DNA from: Cenococcum geophilum
Taxonomy: Eukaryota
Direction of reading: 5' to 3'
DNA length: 64,000 bases
Assembly: GCA_050273025.1 (NCBI GenBank)
Contig: CP158636.1
Coordinates: forward strand, 5,208,001-5,272,000
The notes beneath the pieces were generated by a model that made no database searches, was not told the origin of the DNA, and saw only the letters and a program-made list of their open reading frames with translations. Position numbers and translations under genes: made by a program. Of the stretch, positions 26,404-40,186 are shown piece after piece (the stretch's first letter is position 1; each line of letters starts with the position of its first letter).

Positions 26404-26533
26404 TGTTAAGATTTGTTGAGAATCGACCTTCTGGTGTCGTAGGGAGGCTGGGTACCCAGCCTCCCCAATATTATATTATATAGCCACTAGCTCTCCAAGA
26501 TTGGAGGGAGATAACATAAATCACTTTTCAACA
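26404..26533 (+). repeat. 5' LTR of the Copia element
   Basis: TGTT...AACA, matching 40057-40186 apart from transitions. Confidence 0.93.
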
Positions 26534-29500
26534 GGTTATGAGCCCGGATTATGTAAATAAGCTAAGTCTTATAGTACCTTATAATTAAATATATAATCCA
26601 CTAAAAATATATTCCAGAGGAACTTTACAGTCTTACAGCTATCTTCCGCTACGTACCTCTGTAATATATATATACACTACTAAAAACCTAACATTATAAG
26701 AAATACGGTAAAAAGGAGGCCTAAAAGAACTCCTTATAAGAAGGCTGGGCGCCAAAACGCTAAAACCTAACCTCTTAAATTCTTTAAAAATTGTTAAACC
26801 CCTATACCAGCCTTCCAGTTATAGGACAACCGTACTTCTAAACCTAAGATAACTATATAATCCAGTTAAAAACCATTATAATAGTAAAGAAACTAACTCC
26901 TTAATATTTACGCCAAAGACCTAGAAGACCGGTTTTATACCAATTAAGACCTTAACCCTTATAACTAGCACGGTTCCACCGCTTCCTTAATACCTTTCTT
27001 TACCCCTATATAGTTAAGGATATTAGTAAAGACAACACCTATATCTTTATAGAAGACTTTAAGAATTAAGACTTTAACCCTAGTACTATACCCGTCTACT
27101 CCAGTAATTTAGATAACTCTTTAATATCTAATAGTATACTCTCTATAGCTAGTTTAAACGAACTTTTTAGCCTTAAGGTTTAAACTCCTCCTTAATCACC
27201 TTTTAAGACCTCTACTATATCTATCCCACTAGATACGCTAGAGGATTCCGAAACTATATACGAATCTATTAAATTTAAAGGGTTGGAAATACTAAACCCC
27301 TCTAGCTTTACTACTAAGGACTCTAACCCTCTACCTAAAGCTTTAGCGGAACTACCTAAACCTCCTAAACCTACTGTTGCTTACACCTTACCTCTACCTT
27401 TACTATTACCTTTACCTATCTCCCCTAAATATCCTAAACCTCCTCCTAGGCCTTAATAACTAAACCTATCCCTAATAAGCCTAAGAGACCTCTACTAGTC
27501 TTACTAAAGATACCTATAGTTAAGGTAAAGATAAATTTCACTGCTAAAAAAGGGACTAGAGGGCTAGATAAGATAAAGAAGCTGGAATCTACTACAGAAT
27601 AGATAGAGTTTATTAAACAGATACGCCTCTACTTATCAATAAATGGGTATAGGGACCTACTTAAACGGAACGCAAAAAGACTAGAATAAGGGGCCCTATT
27701 AAAGACAGTATATAAAACTAAGTTAGACACCTAGCTTAATAAACAGGAACGAGTATATAGTATTATCCGAAGCAGACTCGGTTATAACGCTATAAGGGAA
27801 GTTAAAGAAATTAAAAATATAGATAAAATCCTTACTAAGCTATAAAAACGCTTTCGTCTAATAGGAAGTGCAGTCTACTAATATCTTAAAAAATGGTACC
27901 AGGAAGTTACCCTAGATACCTATAAGGGGGTAATAAGCTATACGGAAAAGCTATAAAAAGCACAAATAGAGATTATGGAGCTTAACCCCAACTGCATAAT
28001 TAATAAAATCTCCCTAGTTAATAAATTCCTAATAGGACTCGGCCTAGACTATAACATATTCCTAACCTCCTTCTACTAAAAATACTCCCTTCTACTAGAA
28101 CAAAATAAAAAAAATAAGATTATAAAAGCAGCTATAATATTTAATAAAGCTATATAAGCGGCAGAAAGGGAAGAATAGAATATAAGAGGACGGGAAGATA
28201 ACAAGACTACCCTACTAGCAATCCCTTAAAATACCTAAAATATAAAAAGTTGTATATACTGCTATAAGCTCTATTATATAAAGGATGAGTATTAAAGACT
28301 ACACCTAAACTTTAAAAGAAAATACCATAAGGAAAAGTATTAGGAAAGGAAAAGGAAATAAAGTAACTCCTATAATAAGGAGAACAAGAGACCTAAGGGT
28401 AGGAATAATAAACCTATAGAAGAAAACGAAAACGAACTAATAGTAGGTCTAAGCTACGCCATATTAGATAGCATAGAAGCCGTTTACCTTATAGCAGCTA
28501 ATATAGATATAAACCTTACGGCGACCTTCTTCCTTAACTCCAGCTGCTCCCACCACTCCAGCTGCTGGAAAGAAGACTTTATGGAACTATAAAGCTATGC
28601 CGGCAGACCACTAAGGGGCTTTATAGGAGCGCGGGCAATACTAGAAGCGATTAGGATAATAAAACTGTCCTACCTTATTAATAACAAAAACGTAGACCTC
28701 TACCTATATAATACTCTCTATGTTCTAAAAGGGGGTATTAATCTAATCTCTATGTCAAAGCTGCGGGTAAAAGAAGTAAAAATAGGTTTTAATAATAACG
28801 ATATAATTATTACTATAAAGAAAACAAAATTTAAAGCATCCTTACTTTATAGCCTATACGCATTTAATATCTAACAATTAAAACCACCCCTAGGACTAAC
28901 TGCCTATATAATTACTACCGTATGGTATAAAATCTGGTATAAAAGAATAGGCCACCTAGGGGAGCAAAATCTACAAAGACTTAAAACAATATTAACCGGA
29001 ATAGACCCCCCTCCAGATAACTACGTATGTATCCTATGCGTCTAAGGACGAATAAAAGAAAAACTATATAAAAGGAAGTTTAAACCAGGAACTTACCCAC
29101 TTAAATTTATCCACACTAATATTACTAGCTTTTTCCCCGTTACAGGCTACGACCAAAGCCGATACTGGGTTATGTTTCTTAATAACTATACGTAAATAGC
29201 CGAAGCTTACCCCATTACTAAGAAAAGCGAGTTCTTCTACTGTTTCTAACATTTTATAGAAAAGTACTCCCGACCGGAACGCCGTTGTTAACGCGTTAGA
29301 CTTAACTGGGGAGAAGAAAACCGTTTGGATAAATTCCACATCTTCTACGCAGATAGAGGAATTAATGTTAAAGTTATAGCTATAGAGCAGCACCAATAGA
29401 ATGGAGCCGCTGAACGCTTAAATAGAATCCTTATGGATAAACTTTACCCTACGCTGCTAAAAGCAAATCTATATAAGAAATAGTGGCCAGAAATACTTAT

Positions 29501-31005
29501 CTCTATTATAAAAATCCGTAACCGCAGCCCTAGCGCTCGCATTGGTAAAACACCTTACGAAGCCTAGTACGGTAAGGAGCCAGACTTATCCTTTATCTAA
29601 GTACTAGGATATAACTACTTAGTACTAAAACCCGAAAAGAAACGGCGAAAACTTACTAATATAAAAACAATGCCATGTAAACTCCTTAGCTTTGAAGAAA
29701 GTTAGAACTACTATATCCTAACCGAAAATAGCACAATTACTTGCTCCGTAAATGTTATATTTATAGAAAACAGACCTTATCTAGGCGCCCTAAGTACTAA
29801 AGGGGAGATATAAAAACGGTTAAATAAGCAACTAGTTAAAGACCCTATAGGTCCTAGCAGGGCTCCTAAATAACTAAGAGTGTCTTATATGGAAGATTTA
29901 TACCCTACTAGTAGGGAAGATGGAAATCTAGTAGATAATAAGTTACTAGCCTAGCTATAGAACCTCGAATCCTCCAAAACCTTTAAAGGGGAAAATACTA
30001 GCAAGACATTACCTAAAAGGGAGACATTACCTAAAAGGGAGGGCGGCGCAAGCCCCTTAAATAGCAATAAAACGCTGGAAAGAAATAACGAAATGGACCT
30101 ATAAAATATAGGTAAATCGTCAAACCAAACTAACACCGACCCTAATAGTAGGGAACCACCGTCTAAAACAGAGAACGTACACTTAGTACCTAGCGAGACA
30201 CTTTAAAGCCACCCTAAGCTATAAATATTAACAAGAGTAACTAAAGGCCAATACTTAAAGGACTTAATAAGGAGGTATATGTTTGTTATAGCGCTCCTAG
30301 GAGCGGCAAAAGCCGTAACGGAACCTTTTAAACCAAAAACACTGCTATAAGCTAGGGCTGATATATCTTAGAAACAATGGCTTGTAGCTATAAAGGACGA
30401 ATATAAGTCCCTACTTGATAATATTATATAAATCCTAGTTAACCCCCCTCTAAACAGATGGGTCTTATAAGGGAAATGGGTCTATAAACTTAAAAGAGGA
30501 CTAAATGGTAAAATACTACGGTATAAAGCCCGCTGGGTTGTACGCGGATTTAAATAATAAGAAGGCGTCAATTATAACGAGACATTTATATTAGTAGTTA
30601 AACCAATAAGCTATAAGATGATCTTCGCTATTGCCGCTGCCCTTAACCTTGAAATTAAATAAATGGACGTTAAGACAGCCTTCCTGTATAGAGCAATTAA
30701 CGAAGAAATATATATTAAGCAACTAACGGGGCTAGAAGATAGGATAAAAAGAGTCTGCTAACTAAATAAGGCACTTTATAGACTTAAACAATCACCACAA
30801 ATCTGGTATTATACTCTTACCCTTTTCCTAAAAGGCCTAGGCTTTTCACCCCTCTTATCCAACCTTGGCGTATTCGCAAAAGGTTATATTTACCTAGTAG
30901 TCTACGTAAATAACCTACTAATAGTAGGCCCTAATAAAAGCGAAATATAAAAGATTAAAGACGTCCTTAATAAACGCTTCTAGATAATTAACCTAGGGCC
31001 TTATA

Positions 31006-31430
31006 TGTAACGGAACCTTATAGTAAGAACTACAATGGGTTCGTTAATGGGCTAGGTGTATAGGAAATGCAAGTACAAAAGTTAACAACGTAATAATAAC
31101 TGGTGGAGTGGTTGCCCAACAGATTAACTCTAATTATATTCTAAGAATTACTACGAGGAAGAAACTATCTAGGTAGGGACTAAGGGTCCTTAAATACACA
31201 ACCGTACTCCTAAGAAAGTTATTACTCTATCTGCTCTATCTGCTCTATTCGCTCTATAATAGATCTTATAGATTATATAGATTATACAAATTACATTATA
31301 TAACTCTGCTTACTATTCCTTATTATATAGTTCTACGGGTTCTATCCTAGACCGTACTTATATTAACTAACTAGCTTCTTCTAACTCCTTTCCAAGTAGT
31401 TATAATATTGTACTTAAAGCGTCCATAATA
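31006..31430 (-). repeat. 3' LTR of the Gypsy
   Basis: Direct repeat of 38531-38955. Confidence 0.93.
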
Positions 31431-31538
31431 CTATCTCCCTCCTCTTTATCTTCGTCCTTAAAGATACCTAGCATCTCTAGGTTGTTTACTAAAGGTATAA
31501 TATCTATCTAATTAATTTAGTTAATATTATTACTTATA

Positions 31539-32200
31539 ATGCCTAAAGCACCTTCTTCTTCCTCTATAGCCCGTTAGTCTCGTACCGTTGCTATAATATT
31601 ATCTCTTAATGAGATAATACTATCTCCGTGTTTTTGTTATATAAAAGAGGGACTAGTTTATATTACGTTAGCAAGTCCTTTATCTTAGCAACCTTCCTCT
31701 TATTTAGAGTGTACTAAAGCAAATATTCGGTTATTCTATAACGTTCGCTCTATCTCTAATATTAAATATACGCGACCTATTACTCTTAATAGTTATCTAG
31801 TTCCCTAATTAATTTATTTTAGGGTCTTATATTTAATCTAAGGCAGAAAAACTTAAGGGTGATCTTGCTATAGCGCTAGTGGAAGCCTATTGTCGATCTA
31901 AAGAATCTGCTCGTGCCCTTAAGGCTTAGCAGTCTACCTTTATAAAAGTTTAGCGTCTTTAACGCGTTTATAAGAAGGTTTACTTTAAGGAGTAGAAGCT
32001 TATAGAATAAGGTCTATAGGAACTAAGTAATAAAAGAATGGATTCTCTTTTAATAGAGAAGGAAATAGATCTAAGTAGTTCGGCAACTGCTCTTCTTAGG
32101 TCCCCCTTAGGTAACTTATTCTTTAGCGATCCTTTTTTATTAATACTGCCTAACCTAATTTCCTCTAATACTCCTATACCTTTCCTATAGCGTTCTTTAA
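31539..32200 (+). pseudogene. RIP-mutated accessory ORF of the Gypsy (antisense, spliced): Zn2Cys6-like cluster plus coiled coil
   Basis: From ATG 31539, TGT/TAT codons are spaced C-X2-C-X6-C-X13-C-X2-C-X8-C. A putative intron (~31769-31822) splices in frame into a helical Q/E/K/L-rich stretch. The stops are TAA/TAG of the kind RIP produces. The 3' end is approximate. Confidence 0.7.
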
Positions 32201-35200
32201 ATTCTTTAGTGGCTCCTAGGTAGTCTTAGTGTAGCCTATCCACTTAACCTTATACTATATTTCGTTGTCGATGTCCTTATAATTAACGATCTTTAATACT
32301 TACTATTCGTCTTCTTTTTGTCCTCTATATATATCTGCTTTATAAACTAGTGACTTAATATTCCTATATACTGGCTCTAGTATTGCGATATACTGTATAG
32401 GGTAGATCTTTATTTTAGCTAGTAGGTTTAACTTAAATATAACCAGTGAAATCCTCTATATAAATTTAAAAGATCCTAGTTTAATATAGTCCAATTTCTT
32501 ACTTAGTTGTTAACTCTTAAAATTTTTATATAGTAGCTATACTTTATCTCCCTCCTTAAGATCTAGTCCCTTAGATCTCTTAGTATTATAGTACTTTTTT
32601 ATTCTTTCTTGTACTTTCTTTACTAATTCCATAAGGTCTGCATAAAGATTTATTAATATCTTTATTCTCTCTTTAGCTATACTACTTATTTTCTTTGCTT
32701 ACTGTAGTAATAATAATATTCTTAGCTTATATCTATAATTTACCTTAAATAGTAATATGCCTATTCCTTCTTAAGGTGTTATATTATATGCGAATTATAT
32801 AACTAGTAATAGCAATACCCAATTGTTTTATGCATAATTAATATAATGCCTTAGGTACTGCTCTAGCGTCTAATTTAACCTTTCCGTTTAACTGTCTATC
32901 TGCGGATAATATATAGTAGAAGTTACTGCTTAAACTCCTTGCTCCGCTAAGAACACTTCCTAAAATGCTATTATAAATCTTAGGTCTCTATCTAATATAA
33001 TCTTGTTTAGTGCTCTATATCTTACAAACACTTCTTTAACATAGATTTTGGCGACATCTTCTGCTAAGATTTCTTCTGTATATGCTATAAAGTATCCCCA
33101 CTTTATAAGCTTATCTACTATTACTAAGATCGCGTCATAATCTTGTCTAGTAATAGGGTCTTTTAATTTTAGCAACTTAATAATAAAGTCCTATAATATA
33201 ACCTCCTATAGTCTCTCTGGTATCTTAATAGGTTATAGCCCTCTATATAGCTTATACCTTGTTAGTTTATTCCTTTAGTAATCTAGATATTCCTTTATAA
33301 CCTTTCTAGCTATCCTTTAGATTCTATTAATAATATACTCCTCCTAGAGTCTTAACACTAAGCTTATAGCTCCATTATATCCTTAGATTAGTCCCTTATA
33401 GAAGTTCTCTATAAACTACTCTACTATGCTTCTTAGGATATACTTTACTTCTTAATTCTTATATATATTCATCTGTGGATCTTCTAGCTATACTTTTAAA
33501 ATTCTTTATACCTAAAAGCTTTTTAGTGTCTCGTAGACTTTCTCTAGTTTATTATCTTCTTAAGTTGCTATAATTTTCGGATAATTATACCTAATTAATC
33601 TATCTATATCTTTTTGCAATAAAGCCCCTAATGGCTTTTCCTTATTCTATAGTTTAGCTTTACGGCTTAGAGTATCTACCCGCGTATTATCTGTACCCTT
33701 AGTATACTAAATTTTAAAATGGTATTCCGTAAGTATCTCTGCCTATCTAACCTATCTTTAGTTAAGTTCCTTCGTTATTAGGAATCCTATTAGGTTTTTA
33801 TAATCCATCTTAACTATAAATAGTTTTTCTGTGCCTTATAAGAATGCTCTCTATTTCTTTAATACTGCAACTATACCTAATAACTTCTTATTATAGATGT
33901 TATAGTTTAACTCCAGTAGTGTTATCTTCCGACTATAATATGCCACTAGGTGCCATTTATCTTAATGCCTTTATATAAAGCACGCCCCTAGTATATAGTC
34001 TAATACATCTATTTCTATAACTATCTCTAGTCCTAGTTAATAGATCTTAAGAACTAGCTCCTAGGTAAACAATTCTTTAACTCTCTTAAAGAGTTCTCTT
34101 TACTTCTCCCCCCATGCCCATAGTTCTTCTTTCTTTATTAGCCGTATAAATAGCTTAATATCCTTTAACCACTGCGCTATAAACCTTCTACAGTAATTGT
34201 AAAACCCTAGGAAAAATCTTAACTGTATAACGTTCTCTAGTTCTTGCCAATTCACTATAGCCTTAATCTTTTTTAGATCTATGCTAAGTTGGCCTAGTTT
34301 AATAATAAATCTAATAAAATTGGTCTTCCTAGTAAAGAACTCGCATTTCTTAATTACTACTAGTATCTATTCTTCTTATAGTCTCTTTAAAACCCATTTA
34401 ACGTATTCCCCATATTCTTCCTTAGTTATTAAGTAGATAATAATATTATTAAGATATACTATAACAAATTTATCTAAGTGTTTTCCTAATATATTGTTAA
34501 TATGCTTCTAAAACGTTACTAGTGCGTTTATAAGCCCGAATTATATAACTAATAGTTTATATAGTCCTTCCTTTAACCTAAAAGCTGCCTTTTATTTATT
34601 ACCTTCCTTAATCCTAATCTAATAGTATGCCTATCTTAGATCTATCTTCGTGAAGATTTGCGCATTACCTATCCTATTTTAGATTTCGCTAATTAAGGGT
34701 AAAGGATACCTATCCTTCCTAGTAATGCTATTTAACTGTCTATAGTTAATATATAGCCTTAGTTTGCCATTTTTCTTTAGTACGAATAGTACTAGATAAC
34801 CTGCTAATAACTGCGATGGTCTGATATATCCCTTCTATAGATTTTCCTAGATAAACTCTTTTAACGCTCTACCTTCTTCTTTGGTAAGCTTATAGATTAG
34901 AAAAAACTTTAGACTTATTCTTAGTTCTAACTCTATTTTATAATCCCATACTGTATATTCTAACAGCTTTTTACTTTCTGGTAACTATAGTTTCTTACCA
35001 TACTTATAGTATCTCTTTAGTATATAGTTTAGTCCTTTTTCTATTTCTTTATAGGTTGCTCCTACTTAGTACTATACCAACTTGGCTTATTATCGCATTT
35101 TGCGGCGTTAAGTATCTCTAATATTAACCTAACCTGTAATCCAATCAATCCTTAAATTATATTTCTATAACTAAGGCATACCTAATACTACCTTATCCCG

Positions 35201-38200
35201 TCCCAATGGTAGGATATTAAAAGACATCTCGATTTATCTTTCTTTAATAGTTATCTAAATAGGTCCTGTTTTAAGATTAATAATCCCTCCTCTATAGGTT
35301 ATTGGATCTCCTAAAATTGTAACTAATAGGTAAGGTTACTCCTTTTATCTATAAGGTAATCCTATTCTCTTAACTACTGCTAGTAAGATATGGTTTTGTA
35401 TCGCTCTACTATCTATTAGCGCTTTAAACTGCTAATCTTACTAATTAACTTATAAATTTAGGTGTTATCCTTAAATTCCTTTAAGGGTCTAAGGCTCTAC
35501 CACTGGCTCCCTCTAGTCCTATGGGCCTCTACTTTTCCTAACTGTTAGCTACTTAATCCTAGTATATTTAGCTCGCTCTTTAGCCAATACCTAGTTCGCT
35601 TTTTATCTTTAATATACTATAGATACGTGTTTTCTAAGCATTCCTATTACTATTGTCCGTCTAAGCATTCTTCCATAAGGAATCTTCCTGGTTAAAGTAC
35701 TAAACTTCCTTCCTCTTAAATCTCTATTGGATGCCATCTATGTATATATTTAGCATTCCTATACTATTGCTTATCCGTCATCCAGTATATCCTTATAGGG
35801 TATTTCCAATTCTTTTCTTTTAGATTTTTATGCATTTTGTATATATTATTTACGCACGCAATCTATAATATCGTATAGTGTGCTAGGTGCTTTGGGTTAA
35901 CTCTTAGCTTATCTTTATCCCTAAGTTTAAACCTTTATTATGCTAATCTAAATATTATAACTTTATTTATAGGTACTAAGATACACCTCTTACTTTTCTA
36001 GTCCTCTAAACATTCCTTTAGATCCTTTAATATTATAATTAAGGCTCCTTTAATATACGTTATAGCCTTCTCTATAATTAGGTGGTCCTAAATAACTTTT
36101 TTATCTAACCATATATAGAAATCTTCCCACTTATTATTACGTCGTTACCTATACCACTTTTAGTATAGCTGCTAGAGTATATATAGTCTGTCCGTAAGGA
36201 AATATCTCTTTATTACTATATTATAATAGCCTTTAGTATATTATTTCTTAAACCTAGTAAGAATCCCTAAATCCTCTTCTTATTCTAGTTTAGTAAGCTA
36301 CTTAGCTCTTAGTATACCTACTCTCAGCCTATTAGTAATTCTTTATACTAGCGCTCTATCCTTTATATATCCTAATATGCTAGATCTTTTATCTAGTTTC
36401 TATTCTTACTATGCGATAATTCTTTACCTAAACTCTTCTATAGTTTCTTTTAGTTTACGCCTTACGCTTTAATCCTTAAAGTTATCTTACTTCTTAATCC
36501 TAATATCGACTTTTTAATCTTTAGTCCGAACACTTTATTTAACTAGTAAATCTTCTAGGTCTATATATTCGTCTCCTAGTCTAATTACTATTTATATTAC
36601 AGATTCTCTAATCTATAAAGAAGCTCCTAGCCTCTTATCTATAGGTGTCCTAATTCATACCCCAAATTCTTAACCCCTTAGGTTCTTTAATCCCGAGCTT
36701 GCTTTTAACTTAAGCTTAGCCCCTACCTTAGTCTAACTAGGCTTAACTAGTGTCCTTGTCTCTTCTTAAGAGTTCTAGATCTCACTTATCTCGTCTTAAG
36801 AATCTTATGCCGTTAGGAATTCTTATCCCGAGCTTATTTGTATATCTTTAAACTAAGCCGCTGCTCTACTCCATCGGTTTCTGTCTATTATAGGTCCTTA
36901 AGCTTACCTTATCTCATCTTAAGAATCTTAGTTATCTCTTATCTTATCTTAAGAATCTTAAGCCTTTGGCCTTTTGCCTTTATTAAGTGCCAAAGTGGTT
37001 TACTATCCTACTTCTCTTACATCTTACGAAGCAATAGACATTATATCTAGTGGGGTTTTGATCCCTACTAATATTCCTTATTTTATAATGGAATTATCCT
37101 CTACCTCTAGTATAATATCTCCGAGGTCTACTCGCTCCTAGTAAGCGGCCCTTATTACCTTATTATTACAAAATGTTTCGCCTAAGTTAAATTTATTATC
37201 CTTAATATCCAATCTACGAACTAGTTTATTAGTTCCTCTATATCTTATAGGTGCTAGCTCTTATAGCTAATAGCTTACACCATACTTAGCGTCCTTATAA
37301 ATTTGGTATGCGTTATTATAATAAAACGCAAACTTCTAATTAAATACTCTTTTGTCCCTTATAGTATATTATTATCCCTTTATATATATATATCGTTTGC
37401 TAATCTTATACCTTTTACTATATAGTAACTCTACCTACTTCTATAGTCTCTAATATAATAACCCTGTTTTCCGTAATTTATATAAGCTCTTTCTTTAAAC
37501 TATTTCTCTTATTATAGAGTCCGCCTAAATATCTTCTGCTATTAAGATCCCTAATTTGGCCTTTACTCCTTAGACCTTTAATCACTTAATTCTTATCCTC
37601 TGGGTTTCTATAGTTTACTCCATCTCTTATAGGCTTCTTTAGTATTACTTAGGTCTATTAACTCTACGCCATACTATAGTTTTTAACTTAGCTTTTATTG
37701 TTGCGTACTTTACGCCTTATATAACTATAGAACTCTGTCCTAGCCTCTTTTAGCCTATTCCCTTTAGTAGATCTAATTATTAATCTTAATCGCCTAATCT
37801 ATTAGTTCTTTTAGGGTGTCCGTATCTTCTATTAGGATAATTACGTCCTAAACTTTAGCCTTAAGTCCCTATTTATACTATGCTATAAGCGCCCTATTAT
37901 TCCACTCTACTTATATTGCTAGTGTCTAGAACTATATTATATACTTAATTACTAAAGTTCATTACACGAGGTTCTAGAGTTTTCTTTCCGCTATAGTTGT
38001 TTCTTCCGGGTCTCCAAATATCTGCGTTAGTTATTCTATAAATCCTTCCCAACTTAAGAACATAAATCGCACGTCTTAGTTAGTGGTTATTATTTTATTT
38101 GCCTGTATCTCTATAAGGTAAGATTTAAACTACTTAAGTGCTTTTCCTAATAAGAATAGTCCTATATAGGCTATCCGATCCACAGGTATAGGTAACTTTA

Positions 38201-38530
38201 CTCCCTCCTATAAGACCTTAAAATGTATCTATATAAGGAATCCTTTAAGCTTTAACCTCTCTTCTATAAATCTCTTAATTAATAATAGCTTAATCTTTAC
38301 TGCTCCTATCCCATTAAGTCTTTCTTCTAACACTATATTATTAGCTATTAGCTAGTTAACTATTTCCTATAGCTGTCTAACCATTATAGGTTGCTATAAG
38401 TTAATATCTGCTATACTAGTGTCACCTCCTATCCTTAAAGTAGTTGCTGCCGTTAATGGCGTCGTAGTAGCTGCTTTTAGTAGTATATTATTTAACTTCT
38501 TATATTAATACTATAACTAGGTAGTAATTA

Positions 38531-38955
38531 TATAACGGAACCTTATAGCAAAAACTACAATAGGTTTGTTAATAGGCTAGGTGTATAGGAAATGTAAGTA
38601 TAAAAGTCAACAACGTAATAACAACTGGTGGAGTGGTTGCCTAATAGATTAACTCTAATTATATTCTGAGAATTACTACAAGGAAGGAACTATCTAGGTA
38701 GGGACTAAGGGTCCTTAAATACACAACCATACTCCTAAGAAAGTTGTTGCTCTGTCTGCTCTATCTACTCTATTCGCTCTATAACAGATCTTATAAATCA
38801 TACAGATTATATAGATCACATTACGTGACTCTGCTTACCATTCCTCGTCACATGGTTCTACGGGTTCCATCCTAGACCATGCTTGTATTAACTAACTAGC
38901 TTCTTCCGACTCCTTTCCAAGTAGTCGTAACATTGTACTTAAAGCGTCCGTAACA
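38531..38955 (-). repeat. 5' LTR of the Gypsy
   Basis: Direct repeat of 31006-31430. Confidence 0.93.
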
Positions 38956-40056
38956 TTGCACCTACTACCTAAAAATATTAGTACGCAGAGACCGACTAAC
39001 CCGCTCCCTTTAGCTTCACTAAAAGGGGTATATTAAAAAAGTACTACGAGAATTCAGTATATAGGAGTGTAAACCAGTTATAATCCCTATAGATACCAAT
39101 AAACTAAAACCCTCTAAGGAAGGCTTTATAGCTATAAAAACGGACCAGAACTAGTATACTAGGGCAATTAGGTCATTAATATACGCTATACTAGGGACTA
39201 GACCAGATATTATATACGCGGTGTTAGTCTACAGCCGCTATATAACCAACCCGGGAGAACCCTATATTAAAGCCATAAAACGAATTTTCTAATACCTTTA
39301 AGGTACTATTAACCTAGAACTAAACTTCTCTAGTCCCTTAGAAGAACTAGTTGGATATACTAACTTAGACTAGGCGAGAGATATCGCGACTAAACGCTTC
39401 ACCGCAGGCTATGTCTTTAACATTAGAAGCGGAGCAATTAGCTAGTCATCAAAAAGGCAACTAGTTATAGTATTATCCTCCTATAAGGTAAAATATATAG
39501 GAGAAATATAAGCCACTAAGGAAGCTATCTAGCTCAGGAACCTTCTAGCGGAGCTACTTAAGTTAGAAGAGCTAACAGCGACTATTATCTACAGAGACAA
39601 CTAAGGCGCTATAGCCCTAGCTAAGAACCCCCAGTTCTACTCCAGAATAAAGTATATCGCGATTTAACACCACTACGTGCGGGAAAGATAGGCCGAAGGA
39701 GACATAGACCTATAATATATCCCCACTAAAAAACAGGTGGCAGATGGGCTTACTAAAGCCCTACTAAAAGATAAATTCGTTGATTTTAGGAACGCGTTAG
39801 GGTTAAAAATATATAAATCTTAAGAAGTTGCATAGACGAATAATAACGGTTAAGAAAAGGATGTAGGACTAGATCTATTTTATAACTTTATAAAGACACT
39901 CTTTCCCTTTTTTTCTAAGAGTTTTTTAAGGTTTAATAAGGCCTAAAGGAAGTCTTATTATTTATCTAAATCCGTATAAGGATTAAGTAGGAGCTATATT
40001 TACGCCGCTAGTTTAAGTAGGAGCTATTAACCTACCCCAATCAGTTCGAGTAGAAG

Positions 40057-40186
40057 TGTTAAGATTTGTTAAGAATCGACCTTCTAGTGTCGTAGGGAGG
40101 CTAGGTACCCAGCCTCCCTAATATTATATTATATAGCCACTAACTCTCTAAGATTAAAGGGAGATAATATAAATTACTTTTTAATA
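40057..40186 (+). repeat. 3' LTR of the Copia element
   Basis: Direct repeat of 26404-26533, preceded by a purine tract. Confidence 0.93.

Larger units (their letters stand above)
31006..38955 (-). mobile_element. Ty3/Gypsy chromovirus LTR retrotransposon, RIP-inactivated, nested in the Copia RT
   Basis: 425-bp LTRs. TSD TTATA / TTGCA (one copy RIP-altered). PPT complement at 31431-31444. Minus-strand gag, Zn knuckle (~37443-37485), protease, RT, RNase H, integrase (DAILVIVDKL) and chromodomain (VKWIGY...EPL.NL at ~32200-32310). Removing it restores the Copia RT sequence LGPCTYYL. Confidence 0.95.
26404..40186 (+). mobile_element. Ty1/Copia LTR retrotransposon, RIP-inactivated, interrupted by a Gypsy
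   Basis: 130-bp LTRs, TSD ACTAT (26399-26403 and 40187-40191), GGTTATGAGCCC PBS at 26534. Relics in Copia order: Zn knuckle ~28250, protease ~28530, integrase ~29100-29600, RT (KARWVVRG, MDVKTAFLY), RNase H (ADGLTKAL ~39740). Confidence 0.95.
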
